Assembly (NCBI GenBank): GCA_965207265.1
Contig: OZ242279.1
Span: 4,763,359 to 4,827,358, forward strand
Source: Vicinamibacterales bacterium
Lineage (GTDB): Bacteria > Acidobacteriota > Vicinamibacteria > Vicinamibacterales > UBA8438
Direction: 5' to 3'
Length of the DNA: 64,000 bases
A program made the translations under genes and the position numbers. The first letter of the stretch is position 1. Every line of letters begins with the position of its first letter. Below the pieces are notes generated by a model that ran no database searches, was not told where the DNA came from, and worked only from the letters and a program-made list of their open reading frames with translations. Below, piece by piece: positions 45,758 through 55,919 of the stretch.

Positions 45758-47137
45758 GTGACAACCGGCACTGTACCACAGACTGTTCTGTTCCCGGAAC
45801 TGTTTGACAAGCCGCTGTTCGCCCAGTTCAACCAGGAGCAGGCCAGTTCCGACGGCGGGGCGATCCTGCTGAAGGCCGCCGAGCGCATCTACGGCCTGGT
45901 CAAGGCGTTCGCCGGGTGTCTGTTCGACAAGCGGGCGCCGGACAAGACCCGGCACTCGCTCGCGGACCTGATCGGCCAGCGCATCTTTGGCATCGCCTGC
46001 GGCCATCCCGACTGCAATGATGGCGACCGTCTCGCCGACGACCCCATCCACAAGCTGCTGCTCGACAGAGACCCGGTTTCGGGCGAGCGCCTGGCGTCGC
46101 AGCCGACGCTGTCGCGGTTCGAGAACGCAGTCAACGGCTGCGCGCTCTACCGCATGGCGGACGAGTTGGCCACGCGGGTCATCGCGCGGCATCGCCGCCG
46201 CCTGGACGGGCGCGCGCGGTGCATCACGATCGATCTGGACCCGACGGACGATCCAACGCACGGGGCGCAGCAGTACACGCTCTTCAACGGGTACTACGAC
46301 AACTGGTGCTACCTGCCGCTGCTTGGCTTCCTGAGCTTCGACCGCGAATCCGAGCAGTATCTGTGCGCGGCGCTGTTGCGGCACGGCAAGGCGGTCGCCT
46401 CCGAGGGGACGGTCGGGCTGTTGTCGCGGTTGCTGCCGCGGCTGCGCCGGGCGTTTCCGCGGGCGCGCATTCTCGTTCGGCTCGACGGGGGCTTTGCCAG
46501 CCCGGCGGTCTTCGCCTTCCTGGAGGCGCAGCCGCGGCTCGATTACGTGATCGCGATGGCGAAGAACGCGGTGTTGGAGCGGTACGCCGAGCCGGCCATG
46601 CTGGTGGCGCGGGCGCGGACGTGGCGCAGCGAACAGACCGAGCACCTCTACACCGAGACCGACGAGTACCAGGCCGGCACGTGGAACCACGCGCGCCGCG
46701 TCGTGATCAAGGCCGAAGTCGTCCGCCACCGAGACCGCGAGCCGCGGGACAATCCGCGCTTCGTCGTGACCAACATGCGGCAGACGCCGCGCTTCCTCTA
46801 CGAGAAGGTCTACTGCGCCCGCGGCGACGCCGAGAACCGGATCAAGGAACTGAAGGCCCTGCAGATCGACCGCACGAGTTGCCAGGCGTTTTCGGCGAAT
46901 CAGTTGCGCGTGCTGCTGACGGCTGCCGCCTACGTGCTGATGCAGGAGTTGCGGTTGCGCGCCGCCGACACCGCGTGCGCCCGCGCGCAGGTGCCCTGGC
47001 TGCGCGACCGGCTGCTGAAGTTCGGCGTCCAGGTGGTGCGCTCGGCGCGTCGCATCGTCCTGCGCCTGCCGCGCGCGACACCGGACCTGGCGGCGTGGCG
47101 GCACATCGCGTTCGCGCTCGGGGCGCGCGCCGGATAG
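45758..47137 (+). CDS. IS1380-family transposase
   Basis: ORF 45665..47137, GTG 45758 preferred. ...FNQEQASSDGGAILLKAAERIYGL...HSLADLIGQRIFGIACGHPDCNDGDRLADDPIHKLL...LASQPTLSRFEN is typical of IS1380 transposases. Confidence 0.88.
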   Translation: MTTGTVPQTVLFPELFDKPLFAQFNQEQASSDGGAILLKAAERIYGLVKAFAGCLFDKRAPDKTRHSLADLIGQRIFGIACGHPDCNDGDRLADDPIHKLLLDRDPVSGERLASQPTLSRFENAVNGCALYRMADELATRVIARHRRRLDGRARCITIDLDPTDDPTHGAQQYTLFNGYYDNWCYLPLLGFLSFDRESEQYLCAALLRHGKAVASEGTVGLLSRLLPRLRRAFPRARILVRLDGGFASPAVFAFLEAQPRLDYVIAMAKNAVLERYAEPAMLVARARTWRSEQTEHLYTETDEYQAGTWNHARRVVIKAEVVRHRDREPRDNPRFVVTNMRQTPRFLYEKVYCARGDAENRIKELKALQIDRTSCQAFSANQLRVLLTAAAYVLMQELRLRAADTACARAQVPWLRDRLLKFGVQVVRSARRIVLRLPRATPDLAAWRHIAFALGARAG

Positions 47138-48356
47138 CCGCTCGGCGAGCGCCGCATCGCTGACTGACGGAGGCTGCCAACCGCCCGCAACGGGGGAAGT
47201 GTGCGCTGTCCTCCCCTGCGGCACCCGTCATCACGTCCATTCGGCGCTCAACCACCTGCCACGCGCGGTTGAGAACGTTCCAATGGCCGCCCACTGGTCA
47301 TTCCCCGTTGTCCGTGACCGAGTCCGGTTCCGGCGCCGCCTCCCAGGGGCCGAGTCACGGTCGCCACGAATAGTCCGGGTTAGCGACTGGGCAACAGCAT
47401 GTGTGTCGAGCATCGAGCGAATTCTCCCACAAACGTCTTCCCCCTACGGTCGTCCGGAATTGTAGCCGTCCAGGCGTCACCCCTGCTGTCCGTGATGCGG
47501 ATCGGTGTTCCGCGCGGGTTCTCCGGGAGCGCGGCGACACCGGGACCTTCGAGCACTGCGCCCAAGCCGTCCCCGAGCTTGCAGGGTCCCGGCGAGTGGT
47601 TCTCTCTTCGGCGGCGTATCGAGGTCGCGGGGGAACCTCGCGGGCGAGCCCTGCCACGATGGGTCCAGGGCCCAGGCGCTGTGTAGAGCAGTAGCTCTCC
47701 GGGTTCGGCTGGAACAGTTTCGTCGGCAGGAGCGGCGCCCCGACCCTCGATGCGGCTCGCGCCAAGCGTGTGGCCACCGTTGTTCTCGATACACCGCCGC
47801 AGTCGAAAACGGCCGCGCTGGAGGCCGCCCCGGGCGGCCAACCTGGTGATCATTCCCTGCCGGCCCCAGATAAGTCGACCTGGAGACGGTGACGACGACG
47901 AACGAGCTGCTCGCCCTGGCGCGCGATCCTCTCGCCGTGGCCGTGCTCGTCGCGGTCCCGCCCCGTGGGCAGCGGGCCGACCAGGCCCGCCGTGCCATCC
48001 AGGGGGCTTGGTCTGCGTGTCTGTCCGCATACCATCGGCCACCGGCTGCTCTGCCTATGCTCGGCGCCATGAACGCCGTAACGCCGAAGCGACCAGGCTG
48101 TCTCGTGGCACGATGCGGGCAGGAACTGGATTCGGCAGCTGCTGGCCCCCAGGGCGCGGGTTCGCGTCGATCCGACGCGTCGACCGGAACCGAACCGTCA
48201 ACGTCACCGCCTCGATCGACCCGGGCGCGACATCGGCCGACGCCGTCATCGCCGACCTGAACGCGTGCATCCTTCCCGAGCGAGCGCCACGGATGGATCT
48301 GGTAGGATGACCAACCGTAGGAGGCCACCGGACCAAAACCACGGAGCTACGGCACG

Positions 48357-49673
48357 ATGCAGCAGGATCTACAGAAGTTGATCGACGATCCCCGGTTCTT
48401 GAGATACCACGAGGAGCTGGTGCAGCCGAGGAAGTTCAATCCGTTCGATGTTCTCAGGTATGCCGACTATGAGATCCGCCACAGCAATGTTTTAGCGTGG
48501 CTGCTTCAGCCGAACGAGACTCACGGACTCGGGGAGGCGTTCATCCGGGATTTCGCGAACGCGTTGAATGACGAAGCCAGAGCGCAGGGCCGTGATCCAG
48601 TGCCGTCCAGCTTCGAGACAGACAGCATCCGAGTCGAACGCGAACTCGACTACGTCGACATCACGCTCTTTTTCGAGAGCGAGAGAGTGGTGGTCGCCAT
48701 CGAGAACAAGACGGAGGAGATGACCCCGGACCATGCGAGGCAGGTGGAGAACTATCGCGAGAAGCTGCGCGAGAAGTATAGAGGCACGTACGAGGACATC
48801 CGGAGCGTGCTGCTAACGACGTCTCCCAAGGCGGAAGCGTCCGAGCGCGATTTCATTCATCTGAGCTGGACTCGAGTCCGCGACCTCGTGAAGTCGATCC
48901 GGGCGCGCGGACGATTCCAATTTGACGAAGGAGAGAGGGTTCGAGCGTTTCTCGGGGAGTATCTTGAAGTCGTCGAGAGGTTGACTGCCCAGCCGGAGAC
49001 TGACAGGGACTACTTCAAGACGCTACTGGACGACCATCGCCTTGTCCTGAACAAGCTGTTGAAGGAGCGGAACGCGGGCGCTGGCAACGTGGACGAGGTG
49101 TCATTGCCGGACGACCTCGGCTCGTACAGGACGACTGTCGGCCGGCTCGTGAGTGACTTCCGGCAGGAGCCCAAGCAACTGAGATCCAACGTTCAGGACG
49201 TCCTGCGGAGTAGGGGCTTTCGGACGCGTTCGGCCACGCCGGCCGCGTACGCGCACTACTACCTGTACTTCTGGAATGCTGGCATGGAAGAAGCAAGGGA
49301 GTTGCTCAGCGTCCCATGGCAGCCGCGGTGGTCGATTCTCTTCAGCCACCGCGAGGTGTTGCTGCAACTCCATTTCGACCCACCGAGGAAGGAGGCGACA
49401 GCGACTGTCGATCGGATCAAGGGATTCATGAAGGGCAACCCGATCGACGCCAGTACGGAACGCACAGGACGGTACCCGATGGACGTCCGCTGGGGTGGAT
49501 GCTTCATCGTATACCAGCACCCCGCGGTGACAGACGACGACCTGTCGACTACACCCGTGTCGGACGTCAAGGACCTCACTCTTCGGCGAATCGGCGCGTT
49601 TCTCGATGAGGACTACAGAAAGATCGAAACGTACTTGAAGTGCATGGCGTTCGACCCTGCGGCCCCAACGTAG
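48357..49673 (+). CDS. PD-(D/E)XK nuclease-superfamily protein (PDDEXK_4/PF14281-like)
   Basis: 438 aa. FNPFDVLRYADYEIRHSNVLAWLLQPNETHGLGEAFIRDF N-terminal signature. DYVDI...VVAIENK core. Lower GC than the flanks. Confidence 0.75.
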   Translation: MQQDLQKLIDDPRFLRYHEELVQPRKFNPFDVLRYADYEIRHSNVLAWLLQPNETHGLGEAFIRDFANALNDEARAQGRDPVPSSFETDSIRVERELDYVDITLFFESERVVVAIENKTEEMTPDHARQVENYREKLREKYRGTYEDIRSVLLTTSPKAEASERDFIHLSWTRVRDLVKSIRARGRFQFDEGERVRAFLGEYLEVVERLTAQPETDRDYFKTLLDDHRLVLNKLLKERNAGAGNVDEVSLPDDLGSYRTTVGRLVSDFRQEPKQLRSNVQDVLRSRGFRTRSATPAAYAHYYLYFWNAGMEEARELLSVPWQPRWSILFSHREVLLQLHFDPPRKEATATVDRIKGFMKGNPIDASTERTGRYPMDVRWGGCFIVYQHPAVTDDDLSTTPVSDVKDLTLRRIGAFLDEDYRKIETYLKCMAFDPAAPT

Positions 49674-49714
49674 ACAATCTCGGCCATGTCGGCTTTGACT
49701 TCGACAACGACGCC

Positions 49715-49850
49715 GAGATCTCAGCGACGAGTTGCTTGCGGGTTCGCGTCAGGTCGCGCAGTTCCTGGATCGGGGCCGGCGGCACGAAGCTACCCCGAAT
49801 CAGCCCGTGCGCCAGCAGGTCGGCGATCGAGCTGGCCGAACGCGACGCGG
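49715..49850 (-). pseudogene. IS110-family transposase internal fragment
   Basis: SIADLLAHGLIRGSFVPPAPIQELRDLTRTRKQLVAEI matches the DA..IA.LL..GL....FVP....ELR.L.R.R region of IS110-family proteins. Confidence 0.55.
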
Positions 49851-50131
49851 ACGCGGAGCTGGTCGACCGCGCTGCACGGGATGCCGGCGTCATCGAACGG
49901 TAGGGGCTGGGAGTGAGTCTCGCCGTCCCGGTCCGGGGCTTCGCCGGCTGGGAACATTCTGGTGGGCCGAACGGCAGGTGGGAGCGCGTAGAAGGCGCTC
50001 GACCGCCAGCGGTGAACCTCGGGTCTGAGTCTGATAACGGCCCCATTCGGTTAACTTCGCCGGAGATCGGGCGCTGGAGGGGCTGCTGGGAGCCCTTTGC
50101 CGGGTGTGGGGGCGGAAACGGTCCCATGGCT

Positions 50132-51592
50132 TCATCTCGAGGCGGCGTGAGCTTGGGCGCAACGCAGGAGGCCGGCGGGCGTCGTGTTCAGCAGCGTCAC
50201 GAACTGCGCAGAGTCATCGTCGGTCTCCCAGATGCCGTCCGCCCCAGGACCGGGTTCCGACGCCAGGAAGTCGATCGCCCCGTCACCGTTCGCGTCGATG
50301 GGCATCGCTCGGTACCCGAAGGACTCATCGCCCGAGACGAAGTACCCGGGGGGCAGCGGCGAGAACTGGCCGCTCCCGTTGTTGCGATAGACCAGCGGCG
50401 ATTCCGGCCGGACCGCATCCCACGGCGCGGTCACCACCAAGTCCAGGCAGCCGTCGAGGTCGACGTCGTGCATCGCCAGTCCACCGAGGTTGGCGCCCTC
50501 GATCGCCGTGACGCTCTGGTCGCCCAGTATCCAGGTCGAGGTCTCGTCTACGAAGCTGCCATCGCCGGCATTGAGCAGCGCCTGGATGAAGCGCCCCGAC
50601 CAGCCCCCTTCGAGGCCGTTGCGCACGTGCAGCAGCAGCATGTCGTCGGCGCCGTCCCGATTGAAGTCGAAGCGGGCAATTCCGAAGACGCGCGTGACGC
50701 CGTCGTTGAACGCCGGGTGCGGCATTTCCGTTCGCGTCGGGAAGTACCCGGTGCCGTCGTTGACCAGGATGATGCTGGACTGGTCGAGGCGCGAAGGGTC
50801 CCGCAACTGCCCGAGCACGAGGTCGGAGTCGCCGTCACGGTCGACGTCCATGAACAGGGCTTCGTGGTACCGCCACCACGTCGGCGGGCTGTTGTGGTGA
50901 ACCAGATCCGTCGCGCGGTTGCGGATGTCCAGTGTGAACGTGCCGTCCCCATTGTTCACCGCGAAGTGGCTCTTCATGTTGTTGCCGCCGTCGCTCTCGA
51001 CCCAGATGTCGAGGTCGCCGTCGTTGTCGAGGTCGCCGGTCGTCGCCATCTTCAGGTGCAGGTCGGAAGGGGCGGCGGGCGGATGAAAGGGCGGCTCCCG
51101 CTCGTGCTGCTCTCGTACACCGTTTGCCAAGTCGTCGGAAGGACGGAGGACGCCGTCGTCAGAGCTCAGGAAGAGCTGTGGCGGATTCCCGTACCCCGAG
51201 CTCTCCGAGTCGACGTAGGCGCCATGGTCGTACACCACGAGGTCGTTCTTCCCGTCCCCGTTGAAGTCGCCGGCAACCACGACGGCTGCATGTGCTTCGA
51301 TGGGGCCGGCAACCACTTCCGGCGCGTGTGTGAACGTTCCGTCGCCGTTGCTGACGAAGATGTGCAGGGGCGCCTTCGTGAGCCGATGGGCCGGCGTGAA
51401 GTCCGGGTCGTGATCGATCTGGTCGCCCACGACGATGTCGTCGAGCGCGTCCCCGTTCAGGTCGGCGACGACGAACACGTGCTCCATCTCCCCAAGCGCT
51501 ACCGTCTCGGTGATGATGGGCGAGAAGGTCTGGCCGCTGGCGCTGGCCACCGACAGCATCATCGCCACGGCAACGCGGGTGATCGTCTCCAT
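50132..51592 (-). CDS. secreted FG-GAP/VCBS-repeat beta-propeller protein (paralog of 33971..35488)
   Basis: 486 aa. Signal METITRVAVAMMLSVASASGQ. DLNGDALDDIV, DFNGDGKNDL, DLDNDGDLDI, DVDRDGDSDL, DFNRDGADDM, DVDLDGCLDL, DANGDGAIDF. Shares SSGYGNPPQLFLSS with the paralog. Confidence 0.88.
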   Translation of the reverse strand: METITRVAVAMMLSVASASGQTFSPIITETVALGEMEHVFVVADLNGDALDDIVVGDQIDHDPDFTPAHRLTKAPLHIFVSNGDGTFTHAPEVVAGPIEAHAAVVVAGDFNGDGKNDLVVYDHGAYVDSESSGYGNPPQLFLSSDDGVLRPSDDLANGVREQHEREPPFHPPAAPSDLHLKMATTGDLDNDGDLDIWVESDGGNNMKSHFAVNNGDGTFTLDIRNRATDLVHHNSPPTWWRYHEALFMDVDRDGDSDLVLGQLRDPSRLDQSSIILVNDGTGYFPTRTEMPHPAFNDGVTRVFGIARFDFNRDGADDMLLLHVRNGLEGGWSGRFIQALLNAGDGSFVDETSTWILGDQSVTAIEGANLGGLAMHDVDLDGCLDLVVTAPWDAVRPESPLVYRNNGSGQFSPLPPGYFVSGDESFGYRAMPIDANGDGAIDFLASEPGPGADGIWETDDDSAQFVTLLNTTPAGLLRCAQAHAASR

Positions 51593-51978
51593 GAGCGTCC
51601 CGAGAACGATACATGACGCTCGACGCAGGCAGGTTTGGGGACCCAGACCTCCGGCGTAGTTTCGGCACCCTTGCTACTGCTGGACATGCCTGCCCGCGTC
51701 CGTTCGCTTGAACACACGGGCGGCAGCGAAAACGGGCACAAGCCGCCAAGCCGCCGGTCGCCTTGTCGAACCGCAAGATGGTTGGGCGCGCAGTTAGGGT
51801 CCGCGCAACAATAAGTTCCTAGAAGTGCCTGTAGTCTTGCAGTAGAGCACACCAGCGCCGCGACTCTCGTGATCGGCGACCAGTCTCTTCAGAACGGAGG
51901 TTTTCTGGATTCTGAGAGGTGCAACCCCGTCTGGATTATGGCATCATTGCGGAAATATAAACCCGCAATGGTGCCATA

Positions 51979-53678
51979 ATGAGACCCACCCAGTTCTCCG
52001 CCAACACGATCAGCGCCCTGCTCGGCAACCAGACCATCGCCTCGCTGGCCGAGGTGATGGCCGCGCTCGGTGCCGGCGCCAGCAGGCGCACCGCGTTCCG
52101 CAAGCTCAAGGACATCGACGCCCGCACCAGCTACTCCCATCGTGGCGGCTACTACACCCTCGACCAACTCGCCGACTTCGACGAGCGCGGCCTGTGGTCC
52201 TTCGCCGGAGTCCGCTTCTCCCGCGCCGGCACCCTGCTCGCAACCGCCGAGTCGTTCGTCAACCACGCCGAAGCCGGACACTTCGTCGACGAGTTGGACA
52301 ACCTGCTCGGGGTCGGCACCCAGGACGCGCTGCGTAAACTCGTCGCTGACGAGCGGCTGACACGCCACAAGCTCGCCGGCCAGTTCCTCTACTGCGCGGC
52401 CGACCGCGCGCAGCAGACGCACCAAGTGCGCAGCAGACGCCTGCTGCTGGCCACGCCCGGACTCGGACAACCCTTGCCCGACGCCGACCTGATGCCCGAG
52501 GAGTTGCGCGCCGCCATCGTGTTGTTCGCCAGCCTGCTCGACGAGCGGCAGCGGCGTCTGTTCGCCGGCCTCGAAGCGCTCAAGTGCGGGTGGGGCGGTG
52601 ACCGGCGCATCGCCCGACTGCTCGGCATCGACCCGTCGACGGTCGCTTCGGGCCGGCGGCAACTGGTCGAGCGTGACGTCGAGGTCGACCGGGTGCGGCG
52701 CGCGGGCGGCGGACGCACACCAACGGAAAAAAAACACCGGAAGTCATCGCCTGCATCCAAGCCTTGATGGAACACGAGACGGCCGGCGACCCGGTCAGGG
52801 GCCTGAAGTGGACACGCCGTACGACCGCCAAGGTCGCCGATGAACTGTGCGCGCTCGGCATCGACGTCTGCCCGCAGACGGTCGCGCGACTGCTCAAGGC
52901 GATGGGCTATTCGTTGCGCGTCAACCACAAGAAGCTCGCCGGGGCCTCGCATCCGAGGCGCGACGACCAGTTTCGGAACATCACCGAACTGCGCGAGCGT
53001 TGCGCCGCCGACAACGTCCCGGTCATCAGCGTCGACACCAAGAAGAAGGAACTCGTCGGCACGTTCCGCAATCCCGGCGCCAAGTGGGACCGCAGTCCCG
53101 AACGGGTCAAGGACCACGACTTCCGCTCAGACGCTGAGGGACTCGCCGTCCCCTACGGCATCTACGACCCGCGGGCCAACGCCGGCACCATCTTCGTCGG
53201 CCAGACCGCCGACACCCCGGCGTTCGCCGTCGACTGCATCGAGAAATGGTGGCGCACCGAGGGCTGCAAGCACTATCCCGAGGCCAACGCGTTGCAGATC
53301 CTGGCCGACGGCGGCGGCAGCAACAGTTGCACGGCGCGCGCCTGGAAATTCAACCTGCAACACCGCCTCTGCAACCGGCACGGCTTGCGCGTGACCGTGG
53401 CCCACTACCCGCCGGCCACTTCGAAGTGGAATCCAATCGAACACCGCCTGTTCTGCGAGGTCACCAAGAACTGGGCGGGCCGCCCGCTGGACAGCTATGA
53501 GACCATCCTGAAGTACCTGCGCACCACACGCACCGCCACCGGGCTGCGCGTGCGCGCGCACCTGGTCCGAAAGACCTACAAGACCGGCATCAAGGTCACC
53601 GACGCCCAGATGCGGGAGCTGCGCATTACACCCGACAGCTCAATGCCCAAATGGAACTACACCCTCGAACCCATGTAA
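51979..53678 (+). CDS. ISAzo13-family (Rhodopirellula-type DDE) transposase, two frames joined by a probable -1 frameshift at A8 (52727..52734)
   Basis: ORF 51979..52767 ends ...RRAGGGRTPTEKK. The -1 frame continues KKTPEVIACIQALMEHETAGDP...VISVDTKKKELVG...WNPIEHRLF (ORF 52764..53678). Confidence 0.85.
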
Positions 53679-53829
53679 CGAAAAAACGGAAGTTATTTTT
53701 GCGCCGGCCCTTAACCGAATCCATTTTTCAGTCACCGGCGCGGTGACACGCCTTGCCACTGCCGGACGTTTGCTGCCGCGCCGCCAACTGAGAAATGCTC
53801 TGCATTCTGTCAACTGGACGGAGCGGGGG

Positions 53830-54065
53830 AGTTCTGCTCCGAAGGGTGCCGGCCGCGGTCGGCTCGACGAAGGGCATCACCCGAATAGGGGAGGGGACCG
53901 TCATCGAGGGCGAGGTCACGGGAGGCGAGGACATCGCGCTGCGCGCCTCGATCGCCCCTTCGACCAACTCCGGCACGGGCGTGAGGCTTCCGGCAGCTCG
54001 CCCTGGTCGAGCGCCTGTCGAGCCCGGACGCGGCGCGCATGGCGCTGCGGCGCGCGGTGCTCCGG
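53830..54065. other. mosaic of short gene fragments: bactofilin-like 5' piece (+), FG-GAP gene piece (-), ECF sigma 3' piece (+)
   Basis: 53830..53932 encodes ...TRIGEGTVIEGEVTGGEDI. 53933..53985 is the reverse complement of 34250..34302 (within the FG-GAP gene). 53987..54065 matches 30036..30114 (sigma factor) with 2 mismatches. Confidence 0.8.
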
Positions 54066-54385
54066 GCTGGCGTCCCGATGAAATCCCCGACGGCCGGCGG
54101 AACGAACTCGCCCGGCGTCAGCAGGCGGCCCGGGTAGCGGAGCATGCACAACGGCCGTAGTCCCAAGAAGACTGTCCACGAAATGACGATTCTTCGCGTT
54201 CGGCTGTTCGGTTTTCGATTCACCGACGTCTGGAGAGAATAGATAGGGGGGTTGCCAAGCGCGCCCATGGGCCGAAGCGAGGCCGGAGTCGTCTTCCGGG
54301 CACGGCGCCTGGGCGTCTTGGAGCACGACATCGGGCTTGTGAACCGACGCGAGAATCCGCCGTGAAGGTGAAGGAGTTGCACGGG
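54066..54385. repeat. second copy of the 316-bp upstream block (see 36789..37104)
   Basis: Same Tn3-fragment plus leader sequence directly upstream of the caspase-Sel1 gene start. Confidence 0.85.
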
Positions 54386-55768
54386 ATGCGATCTGTGAGG
54401 TCGTTCGTCGTTGCGGTGCTGGCCGTGTTGGTGCTCGCGGTGCCTGCGGTCGTTCTGGCCGACGGCCGGGTGGCGCTGGTGGTGGGCAACAGCACCTACG
54501 CGCACATCGGGCGGCTGCCGAACCCGGACAACGACGCCCGGGACATGTCGGCGGCGCTGCGGCGGCTCGGCTTCGAGGTGACGACCGAGTTCGACGCCGA
54601 CCGGGTGGAGCTGACCGAGGCGCTGCGTGCGTTCACGCGGCAGAGCGCGGGCGCGGACGTCTCGTTGGTGTTCTACGCGGGCCACGGCATCGAGATGGAC
54701 GGCGTCAACTACTTGGTCCCGGTGGACGCGCGCCTGGAGCGCGACGTGGACGTGCGCTTCGAGACGGTCACGGTCGACGACCTGCTGGTATCGACGTCGG
54801 GCGCCTCGTTGCGGCTCCTGATCCTGGATGCGTGCCGGAACAACCCGCTGGCGCGGTCGATGCAGCGTACCGCGGCGACTCGCACGGTGAGCGGCGGCAG
54901 CTTCGCTGACCTGAACGAGGACCTGCTGGGGGACGAGACGCTGGTGGCGTATGCGGCGGCGGCGGGGACGACGGCGTCGGACGGGCGGGGGCGGAACAGC
55001 CCGTACACGACGGCGCTGTTGTCGCATCTGGAGACGCCGCTGGAGATCGGCCTGCTGTTCCGCCGGGTACGGGCCGCGGTGCTGGCGTCGACGAACGGTG
55101 CGCAGCGACCGCACGAGTACCACTCGCTGGTGGGCGAGCACTACCTGACGCGGACGCTGGCCGCAGGCGCATCGGTCAGCGTAACTGCCGCGGCTCCAGC
55201 CGACCCGGTGCTGACCGACCCTCCACGGCCGAATGCGCCGGAGATTGACGTCACCGAACTGCACATCGCCGCGCTGCGCGAGTTGGCCGAGGCGGGACAC
55301 GCCGAGGCCCAGGCCGAGTTCGGCGAGCGATACGAGCACGGTAGCGGGGTGGCGCAAGACTACGCCGTTGCCGTGTCCTGGTTTCGGAGAGCGGCCGAAC
55401 AAGGCCATGCCCCCGGGCAGGCTGCCCTTGGCTTCATGTACGACACAGGTCGCGGCGTGGAGCAGGACGACACCGAAGCTGTCTGGTGGTTCCGGCGTTC
55501 CGCCGACCAGGGAAACGCCCGCGGGCAGAACAACCTCGGCGTCATGTACCGCGACGGCCGTGGGGTGGGGCGGGAATACGAGGAGGCCGTCCGATGGTTC
55601 CGCCGCGCGGCCGAGCAGGGACACGCGCCCGGCCAGAGAAGCCTCGGCTGGATGTACGAGAACGGCCGCAGCGTGCAACGGGATCGCGTGGAAGCCGTCC
55701 GCTGGTACCGTCGCGCAGCGGAGCAGGGCGACTCGTGGGCGCAGGAGCAACTCGACCGTCTCCGGTGA
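54386..55768 (+). CDS. secreted caspase-like peptidase (C14) fused to about 5 Sel1-type repeats
   Basis: ORF 54362..55768, ATG 54386 preferred. N-terminus identical to the 37105 paralog. FYAGHG and ILDACRNN. Ends EQLDRLR. Confidence 0.9.
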   Translation: MRSVRSFVVAVLAVLVLAVPAVVLADGRVALVVGNSTYAHIGRLPNPDNDARDMSAALRRLGFEVTTEFDADRVELTEALRAFTRQSAGADVSLVFYAGHGIEMDGVNYLVPVDARLERDVDVRFETVTVDDLLVSTSGASLRLLILDACRNNPLARSMQRTAATRTVSGGSFADLNEDLLGDETLVAYAAAAGTTASDGRGRNSPYTTALLSHLETPLEIGLLFRRVRAAVLASTNGAQRPHEYHSLVGEHYLTRTLAAGASVSVTAAAPADPVLTDPPRPNAPEIDVTELHIAALRELAEAGHAEAQAEFGERYEHGSGVAQDYAVAVSWFRRAAEQGHAPGQAALGFMYDTGRGVEQDDTEAVWWFRRSADQGNARGQNNLGVMYRDGRGVGREYEEAVRWFRRAAEQGHAPGQRSLGWMYENGRSVQRDRVEAVRWYRRAAEQGDSWAQEQLDRLR

Positions 55769-55919
55769 ACTCAACCATGCTGCACAACACGATGCCGCGA
55801 GACGCGCCGACCTGCCGCCCCAAGGAGCTGCAGCATGGCAACCTGATCGCGGTGTCGGGTCGGATAATGCCGCTTCGTTTAACCGCGAGCACCGCCGGTC
55901 ATGAAGACGCTGTAGGAAG

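Noticed and set aside
45685-47224. Upstream 500+ codons of minus-strand ORF 45365..47224
   Set aside because: Only the last ~100 codons (the DUF1640-like tail) look real. The rest is antisense to the IS1380 transposase.
47140-48350. Several overlapping 100-280 codon ORFs on both strands after the IS1380 element
   Set aside because: None has a motif, a good RBS or a consistent codon bias. The region is treated as unassigned, possibly degraded, sequence.
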